From a phage: a stretch of DNA of 64,000 bases. Every line of letters starts with the position of its first letter. Position 1 is the stretch's first letter. Under the pieces are notes generated by a model that saw only the letters and a program-made list of their open reading frames with translations, had not been told where the DNA came from and did not search any database. The stretch lies in the NCBI GenBank assembly GCA_024614665.1, contig GCA_024614665.1_4861.1; one strand, 5' to 3'. The translations under genes were made by a program, and so were the position numbers. Of this stretch, positions 18,927-28,401 are shown piece by piece.

Positions 18927-19418
18927 TCACCTCCGTAGTTCGTAAGTGCTAATCTCACCACCGGTGTAGATATCGCATTCGGACGCAATCTCAACAGCAC
19001 GAACCGCATTCGCGCCCATCTTCATCGCACCCAACGCGTACTCGTAACCGCTTCCGGTTGCCAGAGGTGGTGTGGCTTCACTCCACCACAACGACACGTC
19101 GTCTTCACGCTTCCCACCGACTATCGCTTTCCCTGAGGCCAGAAGCATCAGGAAAGTAAAATCCATCTTCGCAGGTAACTGCGAGCTTTGTGTTAACCCC
19201 TTGTAGCCGGGTCTCAAGCGGATAGTTTCCAGCAGGGCCAATTGTCCTGTGATGTCGCCGCTTACCCCGAACACCACAATTCGTTCACCGGTAATCCACC
19301 ACTCCTCGTCAGGAGGACAGACGAATAACTTCTGGGTATTCAGGTTGCAGATATTCGACCCACGGGTTAACTGGCCGTCAGCAGCTAAGACTTTTCCATC
19401 GAACGCTATCGTGGTCAT
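18927..19418 (-). CDS. HslV-like Ntn-hydrolase peptidase (proteasome beta-type, 163 aa)
   Basis: N-terminal MTTIAFDGKVLAADGQ matches HslV [20 protein letters not shown] with Thr directly after Met; C-terminal LATGSGYEYALGAMK...ASECDIYTGGEISTYEL matches HslV IAIGSGGPYAQAAARA...AGDICIYTNHFHTIEEL; no HslU-like ATPase in window. Confidence 0.6.
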   Translation of the reverse strand: MTTIAFDGKVLAADGQLTRGSNICNLNTQKLFVCPPDEEWWITGERIVVFGVSGDITGQLALLETIRLRPGYKGLTQSSQLPAKMDFTFLMLLASGKAIVGGKREDDVSLWWSEATPPLATGSGYEYALGAMKMGANAVRAVEIASECDIYTGGEISTYELRR

Positions 19419-19949
19419 GATTTAATTCTCCGTTTGGTTTATCATACCTCACGCAGAATCTGTAAATTTTAATCAGCCAGGTACCGTCGTTTCTCAACGG
19501 GAGTACCCACCCCTCTCGTCTGTTCCGAGCCGCCAAGATTTGGACCAACCTCCTCGTCGGAGTTATCCCCCAAGTCTGCGGTTCTACACGCAGACCCCTT
19601 TTCGACGCAACGCCGAATTCGAATCAGTTTTGGCCCGACGCCAGAGCGGAATCAGCGATAACTATCGGAGGTAAGTTCAACGACGTCTCTCCGCTGCCCA
19701 GTCCTCTGGCGCTGCCACGGTCAACTCGGATTTTGTCATGGGTGCGCAGTCGACTTTCTCGACACTCTCGCAAACCGAACTACGCCCGACGTAGCACCGT
19801 CGGCAGGTCGGTTATTTACCGAGTACCTGAATGGGTGGTGATTGTCGGAATCCCCGCCGACGCTCACCGGTTCTGTTCCACGGCGAAAGTTTTCCAGAAC
19901 ATAATAAATCACGCAGTGTTAGATTGCGCTTTGTCGAAGACACCACGGT

Positions 19950-19990
19950 AGGTATTTTCGAAAAAGCGTCCTGGGTAACAATCCCAGGAC
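19950..19990 (-). terminator. candidate rho-independent terminator inside ORF-free region
   Basis: Minus strand 8-bp stem GTCCTGGG/CCCAGGAC with 7-nt loop followed by GCUUUUUCG; no protein gene upstream of it. Confidence 0.35.
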
Positions 19991-20349
19991 TTGGAGCCCT
20001 AGCGTGCAGGGTTTAAAAGTGATTGGACCATTGGCGCGGTCAATCGCTATTCGCATATAACAACAAACTCACGTAATCAAAAAATTACCGGCTCGAGGCG
20101 TAGGCGTCCAGGAGCCGGTGAGTCACACAGCAGTGAGTCCCTCTGCGGGGATTTTCGTGGAGCTTGTCGTTGGAATAAAAATCCGTCCCCGGACGGGTTG
20201 GTGGTGTGGGTCGACTTGTCAGAGTCTGCCGTCCAGGGAGGCGGCCACCGAAGCTATGGGTTTTGGACATCGAGTGGTGGTCTGAACACACGATAGGGAA
20301 ACCACGTAAAAAATACACAGGGTACCCAAACCAGGACGTCTGTCCGATC

Positions 20350-20545
20350 ACGATCTCTTAATAAGGATCACGCGCGCGCCCGCACGCGTTTTAAGATCTT
20401 AATATATTAATATATTTATTTATATAAATAATTATAATAATTAAATATAATACCTAAAGGTATTATTATATTTAATATTATTATATATTTTAAAAGATCC
20501 TGGAGGATACGGGTGTGCGCACGCGCACGCGTATAAGGAAAGGGT
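20350..20545. promoter_or_regulatory. AT-rich quasi-palindromic element flanked by alternating purine-pyrimidine GC tracts (candidate origin/unwinding element or promoter hub)
   Basis: About 100 bp of nearly pure A/T (20396..20495) with an inverted repeat around TTAAATATAATACC/GGTATTATTATATTTAA; flanked by CACGCGCGCGCCCGCACGCG (left) and GTGTGCGCACGCGCACGCG (right). Confidence 0.35.
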
Positions 20546-21121
20546 CTTCGACCCGATCCACAGGATCGATCTAAAAAACAATCTAAGTGATTGTTTTAAA
20601 AAGAAATTTTGAGAATTAGATTAAATTATCCCCTAAGGGGGATTTTAGAGTGAGTTAAACAACCCAAAGAACTCGTAAGTAACCGACAGTGTGTGTCGGT
20701 TACAGAACGATCCAGTTTTCACCCAGACATGGCACGAAGTGCTACCCAACGTGTGATCGTCGTCGCCGGCCGCGACCGTCACCTCGGAGCCGAAACGGGA
20801 ATGGCACTCTCGCGCTCTCAACGGCCCGCTGGCGCGATTTTCCGGTAGGGGGAACCCAAGTGTACTGGGTCAGGTATAAATCTCGTTCTAGCGCTTTCTA
20901 GAGCGTTTTTAATAACTGGTTAAAAAACATACAATCCTGAATCCACATTCCCTGAATTTCCTCGCCCCGACAAAAATAAATTCTCTGTCTCGATACATAA
21001 CCCCCTCTAAAACGCACGTAACCGACCCTAGAAAACGATAAACTGCCAAAAACGAGCTACCCTACATCCAGACCACTTAATCGTTTTCTGACGTCTCCTA
21101 GACCCCCTTTAACCGGCCGGT

Positions 21122-21184
21122 TAAAAAATAATCAAAAAAAAATAAAAAAAATAAGATTGGCGTACTCCCCGAAGAGAGTACGCC
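21122..21184 (-). terminator. rho-independent terminator
   Basis: Minus strand hairpin GGCGTACTCTC-TTCG-GGGAGTACGCC (11-bp stem, UUCG loop) then very long T-run. Confidence 0.7.
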
Positions 21185-21191
21185 TAGTGAC

Positions 21192-21701
21192 TTAACACTT
21201 GATGGTATAGCCATCAAGGCCAAGGTGTACTGGTTTTATCCATAACCCTGGCTCCCCGAAAATATTCAGGTCGTAAGTTTGGTAATGCATGATCTTTGCA
21301 GGAACATGCACACCCATGCGCTGCAGAAATTCCCAGACGGCGATGTAGCGTTCACGTGTGATGAACATTAACCCGGAGTCGAACCCGGAACCGATGTCTA
21401 AGAAATTACCAAGAGAACTGTCAAAACTTGACACACCATCTTGAGTAAGTGCGACCAACCCTTTAGTTAAATCTCTGTGGTTGTCAATGAAGTTACAGAG
21501 ATCTACGATGGTTATTTGACCGTAAATACGACGGAGGACGGCAGCAACAGCCAAAATCTCGCTGGTATTTCCGTAGTCACCTAAAGGGTTATGGTCCATC
21601 ATCGCAGTAATTATGCTTGTGTCACAGAGGTCGATTAACCGCTGGTCGTGTACCACCAGGTTAAGACCTTGCCCCACCCGCATGGTTGGCGCAGTAAACA
21701 T
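21192..21701 (-). CDS. hypothetical protein (about 169 aa; start moved to internal ATG)
   Basis: ORF track ORF 21192..21746 overlaps the upstream gene; internal ATG at 21701 (MFTAPTMRV) removes the overlap. Confidence 0.45.
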   Translation of the reverse strand: MFTAPTMRVGQGLNLVVHDQRLIDLCDTSIITAMMDHNPLGDYGNTSEILAVAAVLRRIYGQITIVDLCNFIDNHRDLTKGLVALTQDGVSSFDSSLGNFLDIGSGFDSGLMFITRERYIAVWEFLQRMGVHVPAKIMHYQTYDLNIFGEPGLWIKPVHLGLDGYTIKC

Positions 21702-21711
21702 AGGATGCTCC

Positions 21712-22845
21712 TTACGTTTTGACTGACTGTGAAGGTAATCTGGCATCGTACATTAAAAAGATTTCCAGCAGGCTCATACCCGTCGCGTAAAAGATTTGGT
21801 CTGTGATGACACTCACTAACGCTTCCGGGTCTATTGCATCTACCGCAAAATCACTGTCGAACTGCCAGAACTCGACGTCATCCCCCTTTTCAAACATTGC
21901 GGCATATAGTCCAGGTTTTACACCACGCCGGAACGAAAAGAGTTTTGCGTCAGACTCAGTGTCCTTACCATAGATTTCCCCATCAGTCCGTGTGATCGCT
22001 GCACGTTTACACCGAGTTACCGTAAGGAGCGCACGGTTTGCAGATGCTTGCGATTTAAACGGATAGGGGCCATCGTATGTCGGGACATTCTGGTCGCCTA
22101 AGGCATCAAGTGCCTTACTCCGATAGACTACCGGAGACTTAAAATTACACAGTCGATTCCCTTCGGTAAACATTGTGTATTCGACCTTAACGTCGGTACC
22201 GACGAGGTCAGCAGGGGACACTTTGTAGTGTGCTAATTGTCCCTGCACGCGGCGAGAAAGCATCGATGCCAGGAACGTGTGGTTGCCCTGTGTGCGCAAG
22301 ACATACCCAAACTCTGTGCAGTCGATGATACGAGCGTCCATACGTCGTACAGGCTCCAGCCGGTAAGTCACATCATTCGCTTCGATAAGAAACTGACTGA
22401 TGCTAACATCGCGAGATCGATGTTTGATTGCTTCAAACACTTCACCCGCTTCCAGAATGGCTGGTTCAATTACATTGACCTGGAATGGGAGGGGTTTCGT
22501 CGGCCGTTGACCCATTGTTGTCACTGTCATCGAACGTAGCCATGGATCGTCCTCGCTAGGGTCATTGGAAAGCCAATGTGTTAACCAGCGAGAAAGGTTC
22601 TGTGGAATCGTTGCGGTAGAATATAAAATCACGGTACCCATTATGCCTGCATCGGCCAGCAAGCGTGCGAGTACCGTGTTCATCGAATCGTATTTACCAT
22701 TTCGAAGAATAGGTAATCCTCCGACCTGGACCATTTCGCAGATGACGCCGTGCGGCAGCACCCACATCTTCACTTGTTGGGCAGAATGTATCTGTCCCGT
22801 GCGTAGCTTTTCCTGCCACGCGTGCTTACGTTCATAGTTCATCAT
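21712..22845 (-). CDS. hypothetical protein (377 aa)
   Basis: ORF track. Confidence 0.55.
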   Translation of the reverse strand: MMNYERKHAWQEKLRTGQIHSAQQVKMWVLPHGVICEMVQVGGLPILRNGKYDSMNTVLARLLADAGIMGTVILYSTATIPQNLSRWLTHWLSNDPSEDDPWLRSMTVTTMGQRPTKPLPFQVNVIEPAILEAGEVFEAIKHRSRDVSISQFLIEANDVTYRLEPVRRMDARIIDCTEFGYVLRTQGNHTFLASMLSRRVQGQLAHYKVSPADLVGTDVKVEYTMFTEGNRLCNFKSPVVYRSKALDALGDQNVPTYDGPYPFKSQASANRALLTVTRCKRAAITRTDGEIYGKDTESDAKLFSFRRGVKPGLYAAMFEKGDDVEFWQFDSDFAVDAIDPEALVSVITDQIFYATGMSLLEIFLMYDARLPSQSVKT

Positions 22846-22917
22846 TGGGTAAAATCTCCTTCAGGTATACTCTCAGTATGATAACATATATCCGTAAATT
22901 TTTAGAGGTTTAGCGCC

Positions 22918-24294
22918 ATGTCTGAATTGGTTTATGATTTCAGTGCCGGTTGTTATCGTGATACCGGAGCGAAGGTTGCCGTCGAATCATTCGGACGTGA
23001 CCCATTCTTCGACGATGACACGTATTCTACGGGCTTGTATTACGACTATGGTTTTGGCGGTTACGTTCCGATGGGGCTGGTAGTTGCTGCAGAAGCCATG
23101 AAGAATGACCGATTACGTAAAGTGTTTGACGAATGTTTTAAACACGTCGTTATCGATCGTCGTTTTGCAAAGCAAATTCAACTTCACGTGGATAACATTC
23201 TTAAACGTGAAGGCAATGTGGAGTGGCTAGGGTCTAATCTATTAGGCGTCCACACCATTCGTTTCTACGATTCTGACCGTAACCGCTTTTTTGAAGATGT
23301 CTTGAAAGTGGATGAAGATTATCTGTTCGAGATGATTAAAGAATCAGGTACGATTAACACCGACTGGGCAGTGGCGGGTGATCCGTATAACCTCTCTACG
23401 GTGTATACTCTACATCGAATGATGTCGAAATTCGCCGATCGTGAAATCCACGCCGCGGCGGTATCGTTAGTAACGCTTCTGCAATTCAAATTCTACTCCA
23501 GTATATATTATCACTTCTTCCCCAAGCCGGTCGACATGGCCGCTGCCGACGCCGCATACTCGATGTTGTCGTTAAAGTTCGATATCCGTCGTTTAGGCAA
23601 CTGGGGTCTGCACATGCAGGAGCGTTCAGAATACTTCTGTTCTCCGGAGTACCCAAACTACGACGCGGTTAAACGTTTTGATACGCCAGACCTGGTATTG
23701 CGTTTTATCACCGACCTGAACACCCGTACCAAACAAACCGTGAAGGACTATTACGCGGTGCTGGACAAAGTGCGTCGTGATAACAGTCGTGTGATTACGC
23801 AGTCAACCCGAATTGAGTTAGACGGCGAATCGATTATCCGTGACAAAGTGGGTGCACTGGATATCGCTAAGCAGAATCTGTTCGATGCGTCTTACGATAT
23901 CAACAATCTTTACAAAGAGCAATTAGCAAAAGTGGTGTTGGAGCTAGTACCCAAAGCATCTCCCGCGGCACTGAAAACTTTGCTGGCGTATATTGCAAGT
24001 CTACCGCTTGGCAAAAAGCGCGATGAGATTAACGCTATCATGGAGGACACGCTATCGCACGCGTTCGACGAAATTGTTACTTCTCGTCTGAACTTTAACG
24101 ATGCGAGTACGGTTCTACTGCGTATGCGTTCGTTGTACCAGGCTTCGAAGTCCCCCAATCCGTACGTGTTATCGTTACGTGAACGTATTGAGAAACTGGC
24201 TGCACGAGAAACACATATCCGCCATGAAGCCGCATTGGCCGCTTTGCGTAATGCGTTGTTGTTGTACTTCTTGATCCGCTCTTTGCAGAAATAA
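22918..24294 (+). CDS. hypothetical protein (458 aa)
   Basis: ORF track; divergent from the 21712..22845 gene; followed by strong terminator. Confidence 0.55.
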   Translation: MSELVYDFSAGCYRDTGAKVAVESFGRDPFFDDDTYSTGLYYDYGFGGYVPMGLVVAAEAMKNDRLRKVFDECFKHVVIDRRFAKQIQLHVDNILKREGNVEWLGSNLLGVHTIRFYDSDRNRFFEDVLKVDEDYLFEMIKESGTINTDWAVAGDPYNLSTVYTLHRMMSKFADREIHAAAVSLVTLLQFKFYSSIYYHFFPKPVDMAAADAAYSMLSLKFDIRRLGNWGLHMQERSEYFCSPEYPNYDAVKRFDTPDLVLRFITDLNTRTKQTVKDYYAVLDKVRRDNSRVITQSTRIELDGESIIRDKVGALDIAKQNLFDASYDINNLYKEQLAKVVLELVPKASPAALKTLLAYIASLPLGKKRDEINAIMEDTLSHAFDEIVTSRLNFNDASTVLLRMRSLYQASKSPNPYVLSLRERIEKLAARETHIRHEAALAALRNALLLYFLIRSLQK

Positions 24295-24346
24295 AATAAA
24301 ATGCCACCTCTCCAGTTTCGGAGAGGTGGCTACGTCGTATTTTTTC
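24288..24346. terminator. bidirectional rho-independent terminator
   Basis: Hairpin GCCACCTCTCC-AGTTTC-GGAGAGGTGGC (24303..24330) with A-rich run upstream and T-run downstream; between convergent genes. Confidence 0.65.
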
Positions 24347-24360
24347 GAGTTAAAGTTGAT

Positions 24361-24603
24361 TCAGGCGAGTGCTCCCGATACGGCAACTTGATGTAGGGTA
24401 TACACAACGTGTAGCCCCGCGGTCGATAGTCCACCGATAAGCAATACGCCAAAGCTACAGGTGATCTGTCCGAGCCGCATTGTGCGTGTGCAGACATCGT
24501 GGCTTTGTGCGTGGATGCGTATTACTTCGATGGTGTGGCGTAAGCCAAAGTACAGGCAAATCCACATTACCATCACGATTGCATAGTAGAGTTGAGTCAT
24601 CAC
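24361..24603 (-). CDS. small hydrophobic protein (80 aa, two predicted transmembrane segments)
   Basis: ORF track; hydrophobic stretches LYYAIVMVMWICLYFGL and ITCSFGVLLIGGLSTAGLHVVY; ATGA overlap with upstream gene. Confidence 0.4.
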   Translation of the reverse strand: MMTQLYYAIVMVMWICLYFGLRHTIEVIRIHAQSHDVCTRTMRLGQITCSFGVLLIGGLSTAGLHVVYTLHQVAVSGALA

Positions 24604-26711
24604 TTCATCCTCTGTCGTTGGATTAGCTCTTTCAAGCTTTCCATCGATGCGACGTTACGAACGTCAGTGTTGAGTTGAGAGACGAGCGCTTGAATACGAT
24701 TCTTGTACATGAGCTGTTGTACCGGGTCGGCTACAACTTGACTCTGTCTAATCATCGTTTCAATTTGCCCCATCAGTTGTTGTTGCTTTTCTTCTTCCTC
24801 GACTGCAGCCTCTTCATCGAATTCACCTGCCATGCCCCCGAGCATATTGCGGTTGCGCATCATCAGTCGGCTGTTACTTATACCGTAGTGGCCTAAGTTG
24901 TTGCCGAACAGAAGTAACCACATTGCCAGAAGCCAGGATATTACCAGGTCATCGTGACCGGATGCACGGTGGTCTATGCGCCCGTTTCGTTCGACGAGAC
25001 CGAGGATTTGGTCGATCAATTCGCCTGACCGCAGTAAGTCCGCAGAAAGACGCAACGCCGTGGTAAATACTTCACCATACAACTTACGGCGTTTATCCTG
25101 GTCGGTTGAGAAACCGATGTATTTACGGAATTTGTCCCAGAAGCGCTCTGGACTGCCCACAGGGCCACGATGGAACTCTTTGTAAAGTTCATCGTTCCTT
25201 GAGTAATCCTGGGTCACTTTCACGTACAAACGACGATGCAAATCGCGAACCTTAGATTGCAGCTGCAGTATGATGGCATCTGCTACCGAGGAGCCGGTAG
25301 ACCGTCGTTCCAGAATGAGTACCGTGTTCGGATATTCGATCATGAAGTCTGCTAAGTGAATCGCAAACCCGATGACGTTCGTTTCGTTCACGGTGAGCTT
25401 GCCGGCATATTCGGCAGTGACAGAGTTGACGATTGACATGGCAATGGCGTCACGTCCAACGGCTTCGGAGGTATCCAAACCGATGATGTGGCGGTCTTGC
25501 ATTTTAACCAGCATCTGTTCTTCAGTGTAATACCAATCCGTTACGTAGTTGGAAGCAGAGATAATTTTCTGTGCTGCCCGAATACGCGAGGCGTTCATAC
25601 GTCTTGCATCATCGCCTGAGAACGGTTTGTTGTAACCACCGGTTGTCCATTCACCACCGAAGTCACGGCGGATTTGGTCTGGTGTACCTGGGGCGTTCGC
25701 AATCATATCTGCGAGTTCTTCGTCCGTGGTACCGAGTTGGCGGTGGTTGTATTTCACGTAGAACATGATACGTGGAATCTTCGCAGTAGAGCCTTTGCGA
25801 ATCATGTCAATCAGTTGTGCACGAGTCGGAATGTCGATATACCGTTCATCCCACGAAATCCCCGACGTCATCAGGCTGTACATGTACTCACCTTCTTCTG
25901 TCGCCAAATCCCCAGGTGTTGTTGCGAAGACGTTGCCGTATGGAACACCTTCGGCTTCGTTAATACGACGCGCCGCAGTACCCGATGCTAGTGCAGCGGG
26001 GAGGATATGGTGGATGTTGTTGGTAAACGGTCCTTCATCCGAGAACAGGCGTCCGGCTGTGAGTCCACGGCCTACCCCGTTCGCAGCTTCCTTATCGTTT
26101 TGACCGATGCCGGTGATAAGTTTGTTACCCTGCGCTAGACATGCAAACGTCTCACGGTTATCAGGATCGTCCGGATGATGAGGCCAGAGGTAATCCGGTA
26201 ACGCGTTACGCAGTTGTTTCATTTTGTTGATAGTTTCTTCACGCAGGGCAGGACCCTTCGTGATAAGAATCGTACGTGAGTTCTCCAGGAAGCGCATCAG
26301 CCACAATAGCAATGCGGACATCCCGACAGTTTTACCATGCTGACGGAGAAACTCGATAGCGGCGTCGATGTTGTTGAAGAAAATCCAATACATCGAAAAG
26401 TTACCGCGGTCTAGACGAAACGGCATCCCGTTTTTTACACCATCCGCAGGGACACGGACACATTCACGGAAGAAGTACCATGGGTTTTCCGCGCACTCCG
26501 TAACAATCATCGCTTTTTGTTCGAGTGTTAAATCCGGGCTAAATGGATCAACACCACGGAGTTCGGGATTGTGTAATGCCAGGTGGACGTACCAATGCTG
26601 GACACCTAATCCTTGTAGTGTTGTGGCGAACTGAAGGAAGTGCACATTTGGTGTGACATCGTCAACAATCGCGCCAGGATAGTGTCGCCAATCGTTTTTT
26701 CGCAGTATCAT
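24600..26711 (-). CDS. putative terminase large subunit (703 aa)
   Basis: Walker A-like LRQHGKT (compare T4 gp17 SRQLGKT), candidate Walker B RLFSDEG; size and position next to structural genes; not confirmed by search. Confidence 0.4.
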   Translation of the reverse strand: MILRKNDWRHYPGAIVDDVTPNVHFLQFATTLQGLGVQHWYVHLALHNPELRGVDPFSPDLTLEQKAMIVTECAENPWYFFRECVRVPADGVKNGMPFRLDRGNFSMYWIFFNNIDAAIEFLRQHGKTVGMSALLLWLMRFLENSRTILITKGPALREETINKMKQLRNALPDYLWPHHPDDPDNRETFACLAQGNKLITGIGQNDKEAANGVGRGLTAGRLFSDEGPFTNNIHHILPAALASGTAARRINEAEGVPYGNVFATTPGDLATEEGEYMYSLMTSGISWDERYIDIPTRAQLIDMIRKGSTAKIPRIMFYVKYNHRQLGTTDEELADMIANAPGTPDQIRRDFGGEWTTGGYNKPFSGDDARRMNASRIRAAQKIISASNYVTDWYYTEEQMLVKMQDRHIIGLDTSEAVGRDAIAMSIVNSVTAEYAGKLTVNETNVIGFAIHLADFMIEYPNTVLILERRSTGSSVADAIILQLQSKVRDLHRRLYVKVTQDYSRNDELYKEFHRGPVGSPERFWDKFRKYIGFSTDQDKRRKLYGEVFTTALRLSADLLRSGELIDQILGLVERNGRIDHRASGHDDLVISWLLAMWLLLFGNNLGHYGISNSRLMMRNRNMLGGMAGEFDEEAAVEEEEKQQQLMGQIETMIRQSQVVADPVQQLMYKNRIQALVSQLNTDVRNVASMESLKELIQRQRMK

Positions 26712-26755
26712 ACAATCTCCATACCTCCACCCCCGAAGGGGTGGAGGAAGGTTTG

Positions 26756-28399
26756 TTACTCGATGTGGTGCGCCAGCATTGGCGTAGCCGCGAGGTTAAG
26801 CGTATCCGTAGGAGTGCGACGAATCCAGCGAATAACTAACGAATCGTCCAGAGCGATACGATAATCTACCGTTTGCTCATTTAACCACTCATCGATGCTG
26901 TGGGTGTAAACCTTACCACCGACATGCACCTCAAAGTGTGTAGGCTCGGGAGCCTCAGATTCATTACGACGATCGTAGAGTGGATAAACCGGCTCATACA
27001 ACGCTTTAAGCCACTCGGCTTTAGAGGCACAACCACAACGAAGGTTCAGCGTGGAGTAGTTGACGTTAGAGTATTTGAACTCTGCCCAAATTTCATTACC
27101 ATAGACCAGCCCATCAGGCAGGTACTCGATAAGGAAGTTGGTGTTCAACTCGTTACCTGGGTTAACCAGTGTGATAGCGAAAGACTGCGCCTGGATGAAT
27201 GCACGGAACTGTGGATTCACTTTGCTGATATCCACCTGCACGTTCAGACGCTGTTTCACACCCATCAATAGTGGGTCGAAAGTAGTCCCTGTGGTGTACT
27301 GGATGTTTGCGGTCGCGTCGTAGACTTGGCCGCGAGTCAGGTTGTACAATAGGAACGACAGACGATAGCCACGGTTCGCATCCAACCAACGCGGAACCAC
27401 AAACAGCTTCATGGAGTACGCCCCATCAACAGTTTCGGTCACAGCGGTATAGTCTTTGACAATCGTATCTTTAACGATATCGGTGCCACCGTAGGTTTCA
27501 CCACGGGCCAGCTGATAGCTTAACTGGCAAGGTAACTCATTACCGGCGTTTGACGCAATGTAGAATGTGTCGTGAGCACCAGAGTTGCGCAGACCGTTAA
27601 ACTTCACACGCGAGCCATCAATAGGTAGGCGTTTGGTTCCGTCGCTGTACTGGATGTCACACCACAGCGGAATAGATTCCAGCGGGATGTTAATCGGCAG
27701 CGTCAGCGTAGTACCGTTGTCGTCTACCAGGAACGGAGAAACCAGTTTAATACCTAGCACAGTGCGAGACGGAGTCTCTTGCGCCATCACCAGATTGGTC
27801 TTGATGATGTGACCGTGAGCGATCTGAACAACGTTACCGACGTCGGAGTAGACTAGGAAGGTACACTCTTCGCCGTTACTGACTTCGGCCAGGCAGCTCC
27901 CAGGAATCGCTTGCTTCACCACGGTTTCTGCGTCAGCCGCACTGATAGTCTGCACCGGCAGATAGTTCTTTTTCAGAACCCCGTCTTTGTAATAACCAGA
28001 CAGGATTTCCGCATCATCGTTTACAGATGAGCCACGCAAGATACGCACACCGTCGATATCGGGACCGTTGAAAGTGACGGCATCATCGATGACCATCGTC
28101 GGTGGAAGTTTGGTGCTGTCCACGTAGACGCGATATCTGTCAGAGCGTAGTGGGTAGTGACCATTAAGACGCCCGTCTTGGTTTGCCACACCAACGCCAC
28201 CGAACGGTTCTGTTTCCCACGACGGTACCGAATAGTTTACGCTAACCACACGGTCAAAACCGGAGGTCATGTCGTTCACGATAAGGTCACGTGGGTTAGG
28301 TACGTAACCTGTTGGTTTGTTTGGTTCGTACAATTCACTCGGGTCCCAGACTTCGAACCCGCGATCCTTGTCGATTAATTTGGACGCAATCTTCGCCAT
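26756..28399 (-). CDS. hypothetical protein (547 aa), likely virion-associated
   Basis: ORF track; context in structural block. Confidence 0.5.
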   Translation of the reverse strand: MAKIASKLIDKDRGFEVWDPSELYEPNKPTGYVPNPRDLIVNDMTSGFDRVVSVNYSVPSWETEPFGGVGVANQDGRLNGHYPLRSDRYRVYVDSTKLPPTMVIDDAVTFNGPDIDGVRILRGSSVNDDAEILSGYYKDGVLKKNYLPVQTISAADAETVVKQAIPGSCLAEVSNGEECTFLVYSDVGNVVQIAHGHIIKTNLVMAQETPSRTVLGIKLVSPFLVDDNGTTLTLPINIPLESIPLWCDIQYSDGTKRLPIDGSRVKFNGLRNSGAHDTFYIASNAGNELPCQLSYQLARGETYGGTDIVKDTIVKDYTAVTETVDGAYSMKLFVVPRWLDANRGYRLSFLLYNLTRGQVYDATANIQYTTGTTFDPLLMGVKQRLNVQVDISKVNPQFRAFIQAQSFAITLVNPGNELNTNFLIEYLPDGLVYGNEIWAEFKYSNVNYSTLNLRCGCASKAEWLKALYEPVYPLYDRRNESEAPEPTHFEVHVGGKVYTHSIDEWLNEQTVDYRIALDDSLVIRWIRRTPTDTLNLAATPMLAHHIE

Positions 28400-28401
28400 G
28401 A

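Noticed and set aside
18757-18945. Plus-strand ORF of 62 aa
   Set aside because: Overlaps the tRNA-Trp gene on the opposite strand; translation is an artefact of the tRNA sequence
20350-20545. CRISPR array or other direct-repeat array at the AT-rich element
   Set aside because: Only two imperfect GC-tract copies and a palindrome; no regularly spaced repeat-spacer structure here or anywhere in the window
19733-20901. Small ORFs in the ORF-poor island (19733..19951, 19831..20016, 20085..20351, 20689..20901)
   Set aside because: Arg/Pro/Ser/Thr-rich low-complexity translations, no RBS, overlapping predicted RNA hairpins; region treated as non-coding
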